DNA of 64,000 bases from Patescibacteria group bacterium (GCA_034520665.1 JAXHNJ010000002.1:179166-243165), one strand, 5' to 3'; shown: positions 49,223-58,907, numbered from the stretch's first letter. Notes: generated from the sequence alone by a model not told the origin. Translations and numbers: made by a program.

Positions 49223-51511
49223 TTATTCACTCTTTAATTCATTTAATCTTTGCTTAACATTTTCATTTTCCGGATTTAACTTTTCAACAGCTTCCATAGC
49301 TGAAATAGCCTTGTCAATTTCTTTTTGTTTTTCATAAATAACTGATAACTGCCAATAGGCGTTTGAATGGCCCGGAAATAAATTAACTACTTTCTGAAAA
49401 TTTGTTTCCGCTTTCTCTAAATTATCTTGATTTAAATGAATCCGACCTAACTCATAAAATAAACTATAATCAAGTGGGTATTTATCAACTAAGAGAGTTA
49501 ATTCATTAATAGCTATTTCAATATCTCCTTTAAATTCATAAGTTAAGGCTCTGGCAGTTTGAGCTAAAACATAATTATTTTTCAAGTCTATAGCTCTTTC
49601 ATAGTTTTTTATGGCTAAATTAAATAAATTATCTACGGTTTCTTGGGCTTCTGACTGGTTTTCTTCCGATAATTGTTTTAGGGAATTTTTAAGAGTTTGT
49701 CCGCTGGTGGCATAATAATTAGCCAAATTATAATAACGCTTGGGATTATTCTCGTCTAAATTAATAGCTTTATTAAAATTATCCACTATTTTATCAGAAA
49801 TATCATCGCGTGTTAAAAGATTTATATCCTGATAAAGATAAGCTAAATTAGAATATATCTCGGGATCTTTACTGTTCAAATCAAGAGCTCTATTAGCATA
49901 AGTTAATGAATTTGAGATATATTGCTGTAATTCAGTGGCATCGGGATTCATTTTTTGTGAAAGAAGTTGCGCTCTAACTAAATAATTTTGGGCTAAGGAA
50001 ATATTATAGCCAACATGCCAACTGTAATTATTAATGGCTTTTACTAAATAATTTTCTACATTCTCAAGACTCTCCTGTTTTTCCAGAGAGTTATTAGCTT
50101 CTTTAAAATAATAATTAGCTAACCAAAACCGTCCGCTAAAATATATTACTACTATTGCTAATATAATCACTAAGGAAAGACCTAAGGAAGAAAAAGCGTT
50201 TCGGTACTTTTCCAGCAAACGAGAATATTTTTCTTTATTTTTAAAGCTGAGATAACTCAACCCTAAAGCAAAAAAAGTAAAAAGTAAAAATAGATGAGAA
50301 AAAGAATAAGCAAAAAACAACCCCGAAAGAAAAAGCACTCCGGATCCGCTTATAAAAATTATTAGATAATTTCTTTCTTTTTGAGATCTTGATTGATAAA
50401 ATCTTTTAATCAAAGAAAGAGTAAAGAAAACAAAAAGCGATAAAAAACTAAGAAACCCTAAAATACCAAGAGTGCTGGTTATCTGCCACCATTCATTGCC
50501 CGCTTTAATAAAATTCAAATCCCAGTAAGCAGAGTTATTAAAAGAAACCGGACGAAAACGGAAAAAATTATAATAGAAAGTACTGGGACCAGAGCCAAAG
50601 AGCGCATTTTTACTTAAACTGCCTTTAGTTATTTCTAGGGAAGTTTGTTGATTTAAGGATATATCATCAGACAAACCAATATTATAAACAGAGGTAACAT
50701 TAAAGAAAATCATTAATATAGCAAAAGCAATAATTAAAGCCGATAAACTGATCCATTTAGCTTTTATATCTTTTTGTTTAACAGAAAAGAAAAAAAGTAA
50801 AATCACAAAACCAATAATCAAAGCGTACCAGCCCGCATTAATATCAATTAAAAAAAGTATAATTAAATTTAATAAAAAATATAAAGAGAGTAAGACTTTC
50901 TGCCATTTTAGGCGACTGAGCCTAACTAAAATAAAACTCAATAGAGACATAAAACTCAGATAAACAGCCAAACCTCTGATAGTAGAACTAAAAAAATTAA
51001 AGCCGATTTGATTGGAGAAATCCCAAGGTAGTATATTCAAGCCGAAAATTTTTATCAGATAATAAACTGAAGAAAAAATAGAAGCAAATATCAGAAGATA
51101 AAAAAAGTGCTTTATTTCTTTCTTGTCCTTGATGGTATTTACCAAGATAAATAAAAAAATAATGAAAAAAATTATAGATAAAAGACTATGATGATAATAA
51201 TTGGTTTGTCCTAAAAGGCTATACTTGAGCTGATAGGAAAAAATTGTGGCTACTAGAAATATTAGACCAAAAATAATTAAAGGGGTGGAAAGAGAGGTTT
51301 TTTTTATTTTTTTGTCTTTACTGGTTGAAAAATCAGCAAACCAAAAAACAGCGGCTAAAGAAACCAGTAAATAAAAAAGAATTGTCTTGTTAAATTCTAA
51401 AACTTCAGAAGTTAAGGGTAAAAAGAAAATAGGTACCAAAAAAACTGTCAGATATAATATTGCTTTGGCAGTAGCCTTAAAGCTAATTTTGTCTTTTATT
51501 TTTTTCAACAT
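49223..51511 (-). CDS. Polytopic membrane protein (O-antigen ligase/Wzy-like) with a C-terminal TPR-repeat domain (762 aa)
   Basis: About 12 TM helices in the N-terminal 460 aa. The C-terminal 300 aa carry repeated TPR-like ...A..Y.....Y.KA..L... motifs. Confidence 0.6.
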   Translation of the reverse strand: MLKKIKDKISFKATAKAILYLTVFLVPIFFLPLTSEVLEFNKTILFYLLVSLAAVFWFADFSTSKDKKIKKTSLSTPLIIFGLIFLVATIFSYQLKYSLLGQTNYYHHSLLSIIFFIIFLFILVNTIKDKKEIKHFFYLLIFASIFSSVYYLIKIFGLNILPWDFSNQIGFNFFSSTIRGLAVYLSFMSLLSFILVRLSRLKWQKVLLSLYFLLNLIILFLIDINAGWYALIIGFVILLFFFSVKQKDIKAKWISLSALIIAFAILMIFFNVTSVYNIGLSDDISLNQQTSLEITKGSLSKNALFGSGPSTFYYNFFRFRPVSFNNSAYWDLNFIKAGNEWWQITSTLGILGFLSFLSLFVFFTLSLIKRFYQSRSQKERNYLIIFISGSGVLFLSGLFFAYSFSHLFLLFTFFALGLSYLSFKNKEKYSRLLEKYRNAFSSLGLSLVIILAIVVIYFSGRFWLANYYFKEANNSLEKQESLENVENYLVKAINNYSWHVGYNISLAQNYLVRAQLLSQKMNPDATELQQYISNSLTYANRALDLNSKDPEIYSNLAYLYQDINLLTRDDISDKIVDNFNKAINLDENNPKRYYNLANYYATSGQTLKNSLKQLSEENQSEAQETVDNLFNLAIKNYERAIDLKNNYVLAQTARALTYEFKGDIEIAINELTLLVDKYPLDYSLFYELGRIHLNQDNLEKAETNFQKVVNLFPGHSNAYWQLSVIYEKQKEIDKAISAMEAVEKLNPENENVKQRLNELKSE

Positions 51512-51515
51512 AAAA

Positions 51516-52373
51516 TTATTTAGTTATTTTATTTACTATTGAACTTAACTCTTCCTCAGAATAAAATTGAATGGTGATCTTCCCTTTTTTACCACGCTTG
51601 TTAATCTCTACTTTAGTACCGAGATGACTGCGTAACATATCTTCTTTTTCAATAATATTGGGTTCAATCGGACCACGCTGGCCCTTTTTCCCTTTTTTGC
51701 TCCGTCGGGTAAAATCTTCAGTTTTACGCACTGAGAGGTTGTTTTTTATGATTTTTTTAAAAAGCTTAAGTTGTTCTTTCTCACTTGGCAAAGCTAAGAT
51801 AGCTTTAGCATGACCTCCAGTTATTTTCTCTTCAGCCAGGCCTCTCTGTATTTTCAAGGGCAAGCTTAAAATTCTCAAGGTATTACTAACAGATTCACGG
51901 CTCTTACCCACTCGTTTGGCAATTTTATCCTGAGTAAGCTCAAACTCATCCACTAATTTCTGAAAAGCTACTGCTTCTTCTAAGGGATTTAAATTTTTTC
52001 TTTGTAAGTTTTCGACCAAAGCTAACTCCAACTTTTCCTGGCTAGTAGCGTCGCGTATAATAGCTGGGACAGTTTTTAAGCCTATAATTTTAGAGGCTTT
52101 AAGACGCCTCTCGCCAGCAATTAAAGAATAACCTTCGGTGCTTTTAGTCAATATTAAAGGCTGCAAAATACCGTGTTCTTTAATAGAATTAATTAATTCC
52201 TCTAATTCTTCATGGCCTATTTTTTCTCGGGGCTGAAAAGGATTAGCTTCAATTTGGCCGGTTTTTATTTTCAATATCTTTTCTTCATCAATCAAATCAA
52301 CGATTTCGCTCTTTCTTTTTTTAGCCGGGATAAGTGAACTTAATCCGCGGCCTAAAGCTTTATTGTTTGCCAT
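51516..52373 (-). CDS. parB: Chromosome partitioning protein ParB
   Basis: ...LIAGERRLKASKIIGLKTVPAIIR... is the ParB box, followed by an HTH. Confidence 0.9.
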   Translation of the reverse strand: MANNKALGRGLSSLIPAKKRKSEIVDLIDEEKILKIKTGQIEANPFQPREKIGHEELEELINSIKEHGILQPLILTKSTEGYSLIAGERRLKASKIIGLKTVPAIIRDATSQEKLELALVENLQRKNLNPLEEAVAFQKLVDEFELTQDKIAKRVGKSRESVSNTLRILSLPLKIQRGLAEEKITGGHAKAILALPSEKEQLKLFKKIIKNNLSVRKTEDFTRRSKKGKKGQRGPIEPNIIEKEDMLRSHLGTKVEINKRGKKGKITIQFYSEEELSSIVNKITK

Positions 52374-52377
52374 AATT

Positions 52378-53133
52378 TTATTCTAAAATTTCTCTTGATA
52401 ATTTATGATAAGCCTTGGCTCCTCTTGATTTCTTATCATATTTTAATATAGATTTTCCGTGTGAAGGAGATTCCGCCAATTTAATGCAACGCGGAATAGT
52501 GGTACGAAAAATTTTGTTAGGAAAATATTTATAAAGCTCATGAAAAACATCTCGCGAAAGCTTATATTTAGAATCAAACATGGTTATCAAAGCGCCTAAA
52601 ATCTCTAAATCTGGATTTAAATTTTCCTTAATCAAATCGATAGTTTCCATAAGCTGTCCCAACCCCTCCAAAGCATAATATTCCGCCTGAACTGGTACAA
52701 TTACTTCTTGGCAGGCTACAATACCATTTATTGTTAAAAGTCCTAGTGAAGGCGGGCAATCAATAATTATAAAATCATAGTTGCTTTCTAGTTGACTTAC
52801 CTTTCGGCCCAATATATACTCTCTGTCCGAAAAGTTAACTAGTTCTACATTAGCTCCGGCTAAATCAACATGCGAGGGCACTAAACAATAATCACGGTGT
52901 TTAGTTTTTAAAATTACGTCTTCAATCGGATGATCATCAATAATTACATCATAAATACCCCTTTTTATTTTCCTTATATTTTTCCCTAAACCTGAGCTAG
53001 CGTTAGCCTGGGGATCAATATCCACCAAAAGAACTTTGTAGCCTAAATAAGAAAGATAAGCCCCTATATTAATAGCGCTGGTGGTTTTCCCAACCCCTCC
53101 TTTCTGATTGACAATTGAAATAATTCTGGCCAT
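52378..53133 (-). CDS. parA: Chromosome partitioning ATPase ParA/Soj
   Basis: ISIVNQKGGVGKTTSAINIGAYLS is the deviant Walker A. Confidence 0.9.
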   Translation of the reverse strand: MARIISIVNQKGGVGKTTSAINIGAYLSYLGYKVLLVDIDPQANASSGLGKNIRKIKRGIYDVIIDDHPIEDVILKTKHRDYCLVPSHVDLAGANVELVNFSDREYILGRKVSQLESNYDFIIIDCPPSLGLLTINGIVACQEVIVPVQAEYYALEGLGQLMETIDLIKENLNPDLEILGALITMFDSKYKLSRDVFHELYKYFPNKIFRTTIPRCIKLAESPSHGKSILKYDKKSRGAKAYHKLSREILE

Positions 53134-53229
53134 TGTTTAATTTAAAAAACTTCTCTCTTTATAAATTATACAAAAAATTGGCCAAATTGACAACCAGCCG
53201 TTTTTTTTCTAAAATATACCTACCCTTAA

Positions 53230-53313
53230 GCCGCGGTGGTGGAATTGGTAGACACGCTGGATTCAAAATCCAGTGAGGGCAACCTCATGAGAGTTCAAGT
53301 CTCTCCCGCGGCA
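53230..53313 (+). tRNA. tRNA-Leu (anticodon CAA)
   Basis: GCCGCGG...CTGGA-TTCAAAA-TCCAG with a long variable arm TGAGGGCAACCTCAT, then GAGAG-TTCAAGT-CTCTC-CCGCGGC-A. Confidence 0.85.
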
Positions 53314-53327
53314 TATTTCCCAAACCT

Positions 53328-54083
53328 ATGAATACCTATTTCATTTCCGGAGAGCAATATGATATTCAATATCAGGGTTATCAAGAAGACCTGAAGTTTT
53401 ATTTATCAGAAATTAAAAAAGCTAATAGTACCTTAGAAATCGGCTGTGGCACCGGACGCATACTTTTATTAGCTTTGAAAAAAGGATATAAAATCGAAGG
53501 ATTGGACGGCTCAAAAAGTATGCTAAAAAAATTAAAAGAAAAAGCTAAAAAAGAAAACTTGGAGCCAAAAACTTATTTTGCTGATATGAAAAATTTTAAG
53601 CTTGATAAAAAATATAACTTAATTATAGTGCCTTTCCGCACCTTTTTACATTTAGATTCAGTCCAAGAACAAAAAGAGAGTCTAAAAAATTTTTACCGGC
53701 ATTTGAAAAAAAACGGACGATTAATTCTAAACTTTTTCAATCCTGATTATAAAAGAATGTCTTTTCAAAAAAACAAAAAAGAATTTCATTCAATAGTTAA
53801 AGATCCAGTGACTAAAAATAAAATAAAGATATACGCTATTAATCACTATTATCCAGCTAATCAGACTATAAAAACTAAATTTATTCATGAAGAAGTAGAT
53901 AAAAATAATCTCTTATTAAATAAAAAAGAATATAATCTTAAATTAAAATATATTTTCCGCTTTGAATTTGAACATCTTTTAACTTTAATGAAATTTAAAC
54001 CCCTAAAACTTTATGGAAGCTTTAAACGGAGAAAATTTACCGACGAATCCAGAGAAATGATCTGGATTGCTAAAAAGACGTAA
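53328..54083 (+). CDS. Class I SAM-dependent methyltransferase
   Basis: ...LEIGCGTGRILLLALKKGYKIEGLDGS... is motif I of Rossmann-fold methyltransferases. Confidence 0.8.
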   Translation: MNTYFISGEQYDIQYQGYQEDLKFYLSEIKKANSTLEIGCGTGRILLLALKKGYKIEGLDGSKSMLKKLKEKAKKENLEPKTYFADMKNFKLDKKYNLIIVPFRTFLHLDSVQEQKESLKNFYRHLKKNGRLILNFFNPDYKRMSFQKNKKEFHSIVKDPVTKNKIKIYAINHYYPANQTIKTKFIHEEVDKNNLLLNKKEYNLKLKYIFRFEFEHLLTLMKFKPLKLYGSFKRRKFTDESREMIWIAKKT

Positions 54084-54190
54084 AATACTTGACCTTTGGT
54101 ATTATTTTTGTTAAGATAGATTGTAAATACTCTAACAAAAAAATAGCGTGGAGTGGGATCCTGTCCCTTTTCAAAGAAAGAGTAGTATAT

Positions 54191-54362
54191 TGAAAAACTT
54201 GAAAATATAAAGACATCATCAATCTTAACAACATCGCGGGGTGGAGTCCCGTCCCGTTGAGCGGGACGAGGATCCGCGTTATCATCATATAACGATGATA
54301 ACGGGACAGTGGTATATTGAAAAACTTGAAATAAAAAAAGATATCATCAATCTTAACAACAT
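54191..54362. repeat. Partial duplication of the tRNA-fMet 5' flank plus its first 12 nt, fused to GC hairpin elements
   Basis: gaaaaacttgaaa...atcatcaatcttaacaacatCGCGGGGTGGAG occurs at 54191-54245 and again at 54318-54375 (the real gene). The first copy continues into TCCCGTCCCG-TTGA-GCGGGACG-AGGATCC and a 10-bp-stem hairpin, CGTTATCATC-atataac-GATGATAACG. Confidence 0.75.
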
Positions 54363-54437
54363 CGCGGGGTGGAGCAGTGGCAGCTCGCCGGGCTCATAAT
54401 CCGGAGGTCGAGGGTTCGAATCCCTCCCCCGCAACCA
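54363..54437 (+). tRNA. tRNA-Met (anticodon CAT), initiator-like, CCA encoded
   Basis: CGCGGGG-TG-GAGC-AGTGGCA-GCTC-G-CCGGG-CTCATAA-TCCGG-AGGTC-GAGGG-TTCGAAT-CCCTC-CCCCGCA-A-CCA. The C1xA72 mismatch is typical of the bacterial initiator. Confidence 0.8.
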
Positions 54438-54462
54438 AAATGATTTTTTTTATTTACAACAC

Positions 54463-54906
54463 GCCAGGGTAGCTCTCGCCCGCTAGCGCCTGAGCGCAAG
54501 CGATGGCGAGCGGGTAGTTGATTAGAGCGTATATTAAATTTTAAAAGCTAAATTATACTACTATAAATTATAAGCCAGGGTAGCTCTCGCCCGCTAGCGC
54601 CTGAGCGCAAGCGATGGCGAGCGGGTAGTTGATTAGAGCGTATATTAAATTTTAAAAGCTAAATTATACTACTATAAATTATAAGCCAGGGTAGCTCTCG
54701 CCCGCTAGCGCCTGAGCGCAAGCGATGGCGAGCGGGTAGTTGATTAGAGCGTATATTAAATTTTAAAAGCTAAATTATACTACTATAAATTATAAGCCAG
54801 GGTAGCTCTCGCCCGCTAGCGCCTGAGCGCAAGCGATGGCGAGCGGGTAGTTGATTAGAGCGTATATTAAATTTTAAAAGCTAAATTATACTACTATAAA
54901 TTATAA
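54463..54906. repeat. Tandem array of four identical 111-bp units, each beginning with the first 13 nt of the downstream tRNA-Met gene
   Basis: Units start at 54463, 54574, 54685 and 54796. Each reads GCCAGGGTAGCTC + tcgcccgctagcgcctgagcgcaagcgatggcgagcgggtag + ttgattagagcg + a 40-nt AT-rich tail. A fifth unit at 54907 is the intact tRNA. Not CRISPR-like: there are no unique spacers. Confidence 0.9.
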
Positions 54907-54983
54907 GCCAGGGTAGCTCAGTTGGTTAGAGCACGGGACTCATAAGCCCGGGGTCGTGGGTTCGAATCCCACCCCTGGTACCA
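54907..54983 (+). tRNA. tRNA with CAT anticodon (elongator Met, or Ile2/lysidine type), CCA encoded
   Basis: GCCAGGG-TA-GCTC-AGTTGGTTA-GAGC-A-CGGGA-CTCATAA-GCCCG-GGGTC-GTGGG-TTCGAAT-CCCAC-CCCTGGT-A-CCA. Confidence 0.8.
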
Positions 54984-55064
54984 AGCCTTCACTCCTGCGG
55001 AGTTTCAGCTTGTAAACAAAAAAACAGACTCTAAAATAGCCTGTTTTTTTGTTTATCTAATATT

Positions 55065-55862
55065 TTAATTTATGGCAAACATTTTATTATGCATTTCCCA
55101 AAACTTACCCTGATCAGCGGCACATTCAGCTGCTTCAGCAGCAATTTGAGCATTTTGATGAATACTGGTTAGCGGAAAATGACGAAAAACAAATTTAGCC
55201 TGATCCTTATATTCCTGGTATAGCTCTTCCATAGTAGGAGCATGTCTGGTACAATATGGACATTCAAAATCAGAATACTCGACAAAAATTAATTTATTGC
55301 CACTACCTCTGATATTATCATCATCAGCAATTTTAATGTCTACTGGTTCGCCTTCAGCTACATATTGAGAGGTGGGAGCACTGCCAGCCAATATTTCATC
55401 AATAATAGTATCAAATTCACTTTTTGGCAAAGCCCCGGAAACCAAATAACCGTTGATAAAAGTGGCCGGAGTGCCATTTACACCCAATTCTGTGGCCTCG
55501 CTTTGGCTTTGTGTAACCGTATCAGTTTTATCACCATTACTCATACATTCATTGAATTTTTCTGTGTCCAATCCGATCTCAGAAGCGTATGTCATAATAT
55601 TAGTGGGACTAACATTTGATTCTTCTACTGCTGTATCCGTATCAGCATCAGTATCAGCTGTATCTTCAACTCCGGCTACACTTTCACTATCATTATCACT
55701 AACAGATCTAAACACAGTTAAAGAAAGAGTAATTCCAACTACAGCTGAAAATACTAAACCAACTAAAAGACCCATAATAAAGGTATTTTTAGGAGGGGCG
55801 TCTAAAATTCCTTTTCCTTTTTTTTCTTTTTTTGATGATTTATTATTTTTTTCTTTTTCCAT
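55065..55862 (-). CDS. DsbA-like thiol:disulfide oxidoreductase (thioredoxin fold), membrane-anchored
   Basis: ...FVEYSDFECPYCTRHAP... carries the CPYC active site. An N-terminal TM and an acidic linker are present. Confidence 0.8.
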   Translation of the reverse strand: MEKEKNNKSSKKEKKGKGILDAPPKNTFIMGLLVGLVFSAVVGITLSLTVFRSVSDNDSESVAGVEDTADTDADTDTAVEESNVSPTNIMTYASEIGLDTEKFNECMSNGDKTDTVTQSQSEATELGVNGTPATFINGYLVSGALPKSEFDTIIDEILAGSAPTSQYVAEGEPVDIKIADDDNIRGSGNKLIFVEYSDFECPYCTRHAPTMEELYQEYKDQAKFVFRHFPLTSIHQNAQIAAEAAECAADQGKFWEMHNKMFAIN

Positions 55863-55924
55863 TTAATTGTTCTCCTTTTTATCTATTAATTTTTACTTAT
55901 TTATTATATTACCAAAGAATATAA

Positions 55925-56140
55925 TTTATGTCAAGAAAAAAGAAATACTCCGATGCCCTCCCGGTCCGCCGCACAAGACTTTGGCAGGCGGGGCCTCGGA
56001 GCTTGACCATTAATAAAGATTTGGCTGCGCTGAGTCCTGCACGCCGAAGCCTATCATATTATTAGTTTACTTATAATTTAGGCTCCGCTATCCTTCCCCA
56101 AGGCCAAGTATTGGGGCTGGCCGCGAAGGCGTGTCAACCA
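55925..56140. ncRNA. GC-rich (~55-60% GC in a ~33% GC genome) structured island. Candidate small RNA of unknown class; strand undetermined.
   Basis: Multiple GC helices are visible, for example CCCCAA-ggccaagta-TTGGGG with a possible pseudoknot to CTGGCC, and CGGAGC...GCTCCG. It has no coding potential longer than 26 aa. It lies between two minus-strand genes. Confidence 0.3.
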
Positions 56141-57352
56141 TTAAATAATAATTATAATCCCAATTAAATATATGACTAATAAAGTATAAACTATATTAGG
56201 GCGGTGTTGCACTCTAACTTTAATTAGTAAATTAAGGACTAAGACTAAGCTTAACAAAATAAACAAGGCCATAAAGAAATTTCTTGAGTAAAGTATCATT
56301 TTAACCAGTCTTTCTGAGGTAAAAAAGTTAGCCGGTTTCAAAACAGAATTTTTAAAATAATTGGTGGAAACTACTGGCGTAGAGACTACATTTTTATTCT
56401 CATCTTCAGTTATTACGATTACATTTTGATTGGGCTTATTATCTCCTTCTTTTACTGAGCCAATATAATCATCTCCTTTTTTGGATAATTCATTAGTTTC
56501 ATCATTTATTTGAACAACTACTTTTGTTTCTTCTGGTTTCTCTTCCTCTTTTTTTTCTTCTTCATTTTTTGCCTCAGTCTTATCTTCTTGGGCTGGCTCT
56601 TCTTTTTCTAATTTGGTAACTATATCATAAGTATTTTCTTCTACCGAAGGTATAACTACTGTTTCTTCTTTATTTACTTCGGGCAAAGATTTTTCTTCTG
56701 TTACCTCTTCAGTTACTGTTTGACTAGGCGGACTTTTTTCAACTACTTCTTTGGTAGTAGTAGTTTCGGTCAGTTTAGTTTTTGGAGCCGGTGTACCAAA
56801 CATCTGAACAACTAAAGTAGTCTTAGCTCCTTTAAAATCACCCTCCAAAACAGCCAGACCAATCTGAGTATAATTACCATTTAAAATATTTCTTTTATGG
56901 CTGGCACTGACCATCCAAGCAGATATAATATCTTCTCCTCTGACAAAATCCATAGCCAGGTTTTCCCCAGCATAAGCGTATTCATAACCAGCCTGTTTAA
57001 ACCAATACCAGGGAGAAGTATTAGAGGGACTATAGTGGGAAAAATACTGCTTGGACAGCATATCTTGGGCTTTGGCATTGGCTGCCTGGCTTAGCAAAGG
57101 ATTAAGTTCAAGCTGATTCAGTCCATTATTCAGTCTCTGCTGATTGGTCATATTTATAATATTCTGATTGGTAATATCTATTGGTTGTACTGATAGCGGA
57201 GAAAAGATCAGCAGAAAAGAAACACCAATTTTTAATAAAACGGCTAAAACTGCAATTATCTTAAGAGAATTATGCCTCATTAAAAAAGGCAGGTATTTAT
57301 TACCCTGATGCGGTATGAAGCTACTATGAAGATGTCTGGAATATTTATTCAT
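56141..57352 (-). CDS. CAP (SCP/PR-1-like) domain protein, membrane-anchored with a long Glu/Lys/Thr-rich linker
   Basis: ...YFSHYSPSNTSPWYWFKQAGYEYAYAGENLA...HKRNILNGNYTQIGLAV... are the CAP motifs. Confidence 0.75.
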   Translation of the reverse strand: MNKYSRHLHSSFIPHQGNKYLPFLMRHNSLKIIAVLAVLLKIGVSFLLIFSPLSVQPIDITNQNIINMTNQQRLNNGLNQLELNPLLSQAANAKAQDMLSKQYFSHYSPSNTSPWYWFKQAGYEYAYAGENLAMDFVRGEDIISAWMVSASHKRNILNGNYTQIGLAVLEGDFKGAKTTLVVQMFGTPAPKTKLTETTTTKEVVEKSPPSQTVTEEVTEEKSLPEVNKEETVVIPSVEENTYDIVTKLEKEEPAQEDKTEAKNEEEKKEEEKPEETKVVVQINDETNELSKKGDDYIGSVKEGDNKPNQNVIVITEDENKNVVSTPVVSTNYFKNSVLKPANFFTSERLVKMILYSRNFFMALFILLSLVLVLNLLIKVRVQHRPNIVYTLLVIYLIGIIIII

Positions 57353-57494
57353 ATATTTTATTTAACAAAATATCCTAACATATATCTAATAAAATGTCAA
57401 GTTCATCAACTTTCAACTTTATTATAATCTTATTTTCATAAAGAGTAAAAAAAACTCCTTTTTTTATTTAAAAAGAAGTTTTTTTATATAAAAC

Positions 57495-57680
57495 TTATTC
57501 TAAAGTTATAGCCTCTTCTGGACAGGATTCTACTGTTGATTGACAATCACATTCTTCACAACCCTTAGAATTTTTCACTTTTGATTTTCCGTCTTCTCCG
57601 ATTTCAAAAACTTCCGGGCATAAAGCCACGCAAGTACCACAGCCAGTACATTTTTCTTTATCAATTTTTGGTGTTGGCAT
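57495..57680 (-). CDS. 4Fe-4S ferredoxin (61 aa)
   Basis: CTGCGTCVALCP is C-x2-C-x2-C-x3-CP. A second partial Cys cluster reads CEECDC...SCP. Confidence 0.8.
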   Translation of the reverse strand: MPTPKIDKEKCTGCGTCVALCPEVFEIGEDGKSKVKNSKGCEECDCQSTVESCPEEAITLE

Positions 57681-57782
57681 AATTTTTTATTAATTAATAA
57701 CTAACAAAATTAATTATATAATATTATGTAATTTTTGTAAATATAAAAGAGGGCAAAGCATAAGCTTTGCCCCTTATAAAAG

Positions 57783-58517
57783 TCATATTATCTCCCAAGG
57801 TTTAAATCCCCGTTCCTTATCAAATACTTTATAAGCTTCCCATAACTGAGGAGAAAAATACCTGACTCTAGGCTTTATGGGATTAGGCCAATAACGCAGT
57901 TTCCTAATAAGCTCTGGCTGACTAAGCTCTTGGGGAGAGAAAAATGAATGGTGATAACTGTCGTTAATTAAAATAACTTTCTCTCCGGCTTCTTGCCAAG
58001 ATTGATTAGTATAATTAACGTTAATACGCTCCTGACCCAGTTTATCCCATTGCCAGCGAGTCATTTGGTTAAGCACACCCCAAAAATGAGCCGCCTGGCG
58101 GTAATTAATTTTCATTGGCCTGAATTCTTTTGGTTCCAGACTTTTTAAGTCAGTAGCTTCTTGAGAAGGACTCCTTATTAAATCCAAAACTACCATTTCT
58201 ACATCACCCGGTCCCCAAAGATCAACATGGCTTCTAAAATCTCTAAGGCGCTGATCAACTATCCACTCACTCCATTGAGGATGCCTTTTTCTAATTTGTT
58301 CTCTGCTTGGCCTGTCCCAAATATAGTGATAGGCAATCTGTATTCTGTTTATATATTTTCTATTGGCTAAAATAGCCAAACGAAAAAGTACTTCTTTAAA
58401 CTGCCAGAGATCACCGGGTTTGGTCACCAGTTCCGGACAAAATCTTTTAATTAAAGGTAAATAAGGGGAAATTCTTATTCCTGGAACTTTCTGCCAAATA
58501 CTTTCCATTTTCATCAC
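57783..58517 (-). CDS. Hypothetical Trp-rich protein (244 aa), function unknown
   Basis: ORF track. It sits between a B12-rSAM plus small peptide and a ferredoxin. No motif recognised. Confidence 0.5.
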   Translation of the reverse strand: MMKMESIWQKVPGIRISPYLPLIKRFCPELVTKPGDLWQFKEVLFRLAILANRKYINRIQIAYHYIWDRPSREQIRKRHPQWSEWIVDQRLRDFRSHVDLWGPGDVEMVVLDLIRSPSQEATDLKSLEPKEFRPMKINYRQAAHFWGVLNQMTRWQWDKLGQERINVNYTNQSWQEAGEKVILINDSYHHSFFSPQELSQPELIRKLRYWPNPIKPRVRYFSPQLWEAYKVFDKERGFKPWEII

Positions 58518-58624
58518 CTACTTTTTGGTTTTGTAAAAAGATCAAACACTAGAGATTAGCATAATAGATATTAAATGTCAATAATAAAAAAGAGGCGGAA
58601 ATTTCTTCCGCCTCAAATAAAATA

Positions 58625-58768
58625 TTAATAAATATCCTCATCAGGCTTTTTCTTGCCGCAGGGAAGATCCATGCCGGCATTGGCGTATTTACAGCCGCCA
58701 TCTTTGGAAGCAGCACTACATTTCAAGCATTTACCTTTCTTACCAATAATAACTGGGGAATCCTTCAT
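58625..58768 (-). CDS. Unannotated 47-aa Cys-containing peptide: MKDSPVIIGKKGKCLKCSAASKDGGCKYANAGMDLPCGKKKPDEDIY
   Basis: Strong RBS TAGGGAGGAAAAAA directly precedes ATG at 58768. Four Cys (CxxC, C, C) and Lys-rich. It lies 140 bp downstream of the radical SAM gene and is below the ORF-track cutoff. Confidence 0.45.
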   Translation of the reverse strand: MKDSPVIIGKKGKCLKCSAASKDGGCKYANAGMDLPCGKKKPDEDIY

Positions 58769-58907
58769 TTTTTTCCTCCCTATTTAAACATAAAAAAGAA
58801 CTTCCTGCTATAATATATTATTCTTTATCTTTAGTCAAGTCCTTTATTTTTTTATAAAAAAATACCCCCGGAATAACTCCAGGGGTTTAAATTAAAAGGT
58901 ACAATAT

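Noticed and set aside
54070-54288. 72-aa minus-strand ORF
   Set aside because: Overlaps the methyltransferase 3' end and the tRNA-fMet-associated repeat, so it is an artefact of the GC hairpins.
54463-54906. Tandem 111-bp repeat array considered as a CRISPR array
   Set aside because: Units are contiguous and fully identical including their AT-rich tails, so there are no unique spacers. Each starts with the 5' end of the adjacent tRNA, and no cas genes are nearby.
55365-55866. Two plus-strand ORFs (84 and 137 aa)
   Set aside because: Antisense within the DsbA-like gene, which has a clear CPYC thioredoxin motif on the minus strand.
55925-56140. GC-rich island tested as SRP/4.5S RNA, tmRNA or RNase P RNA
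   Set aside because: None of the GGAAGGAAGCAGC (SRP helix 8), tRNA-like tmRNA termini or RNase P CR-I/CR-IV/CR-V motifs could be found on either strand. It is kept only as an unclassified ncRNA candidate.
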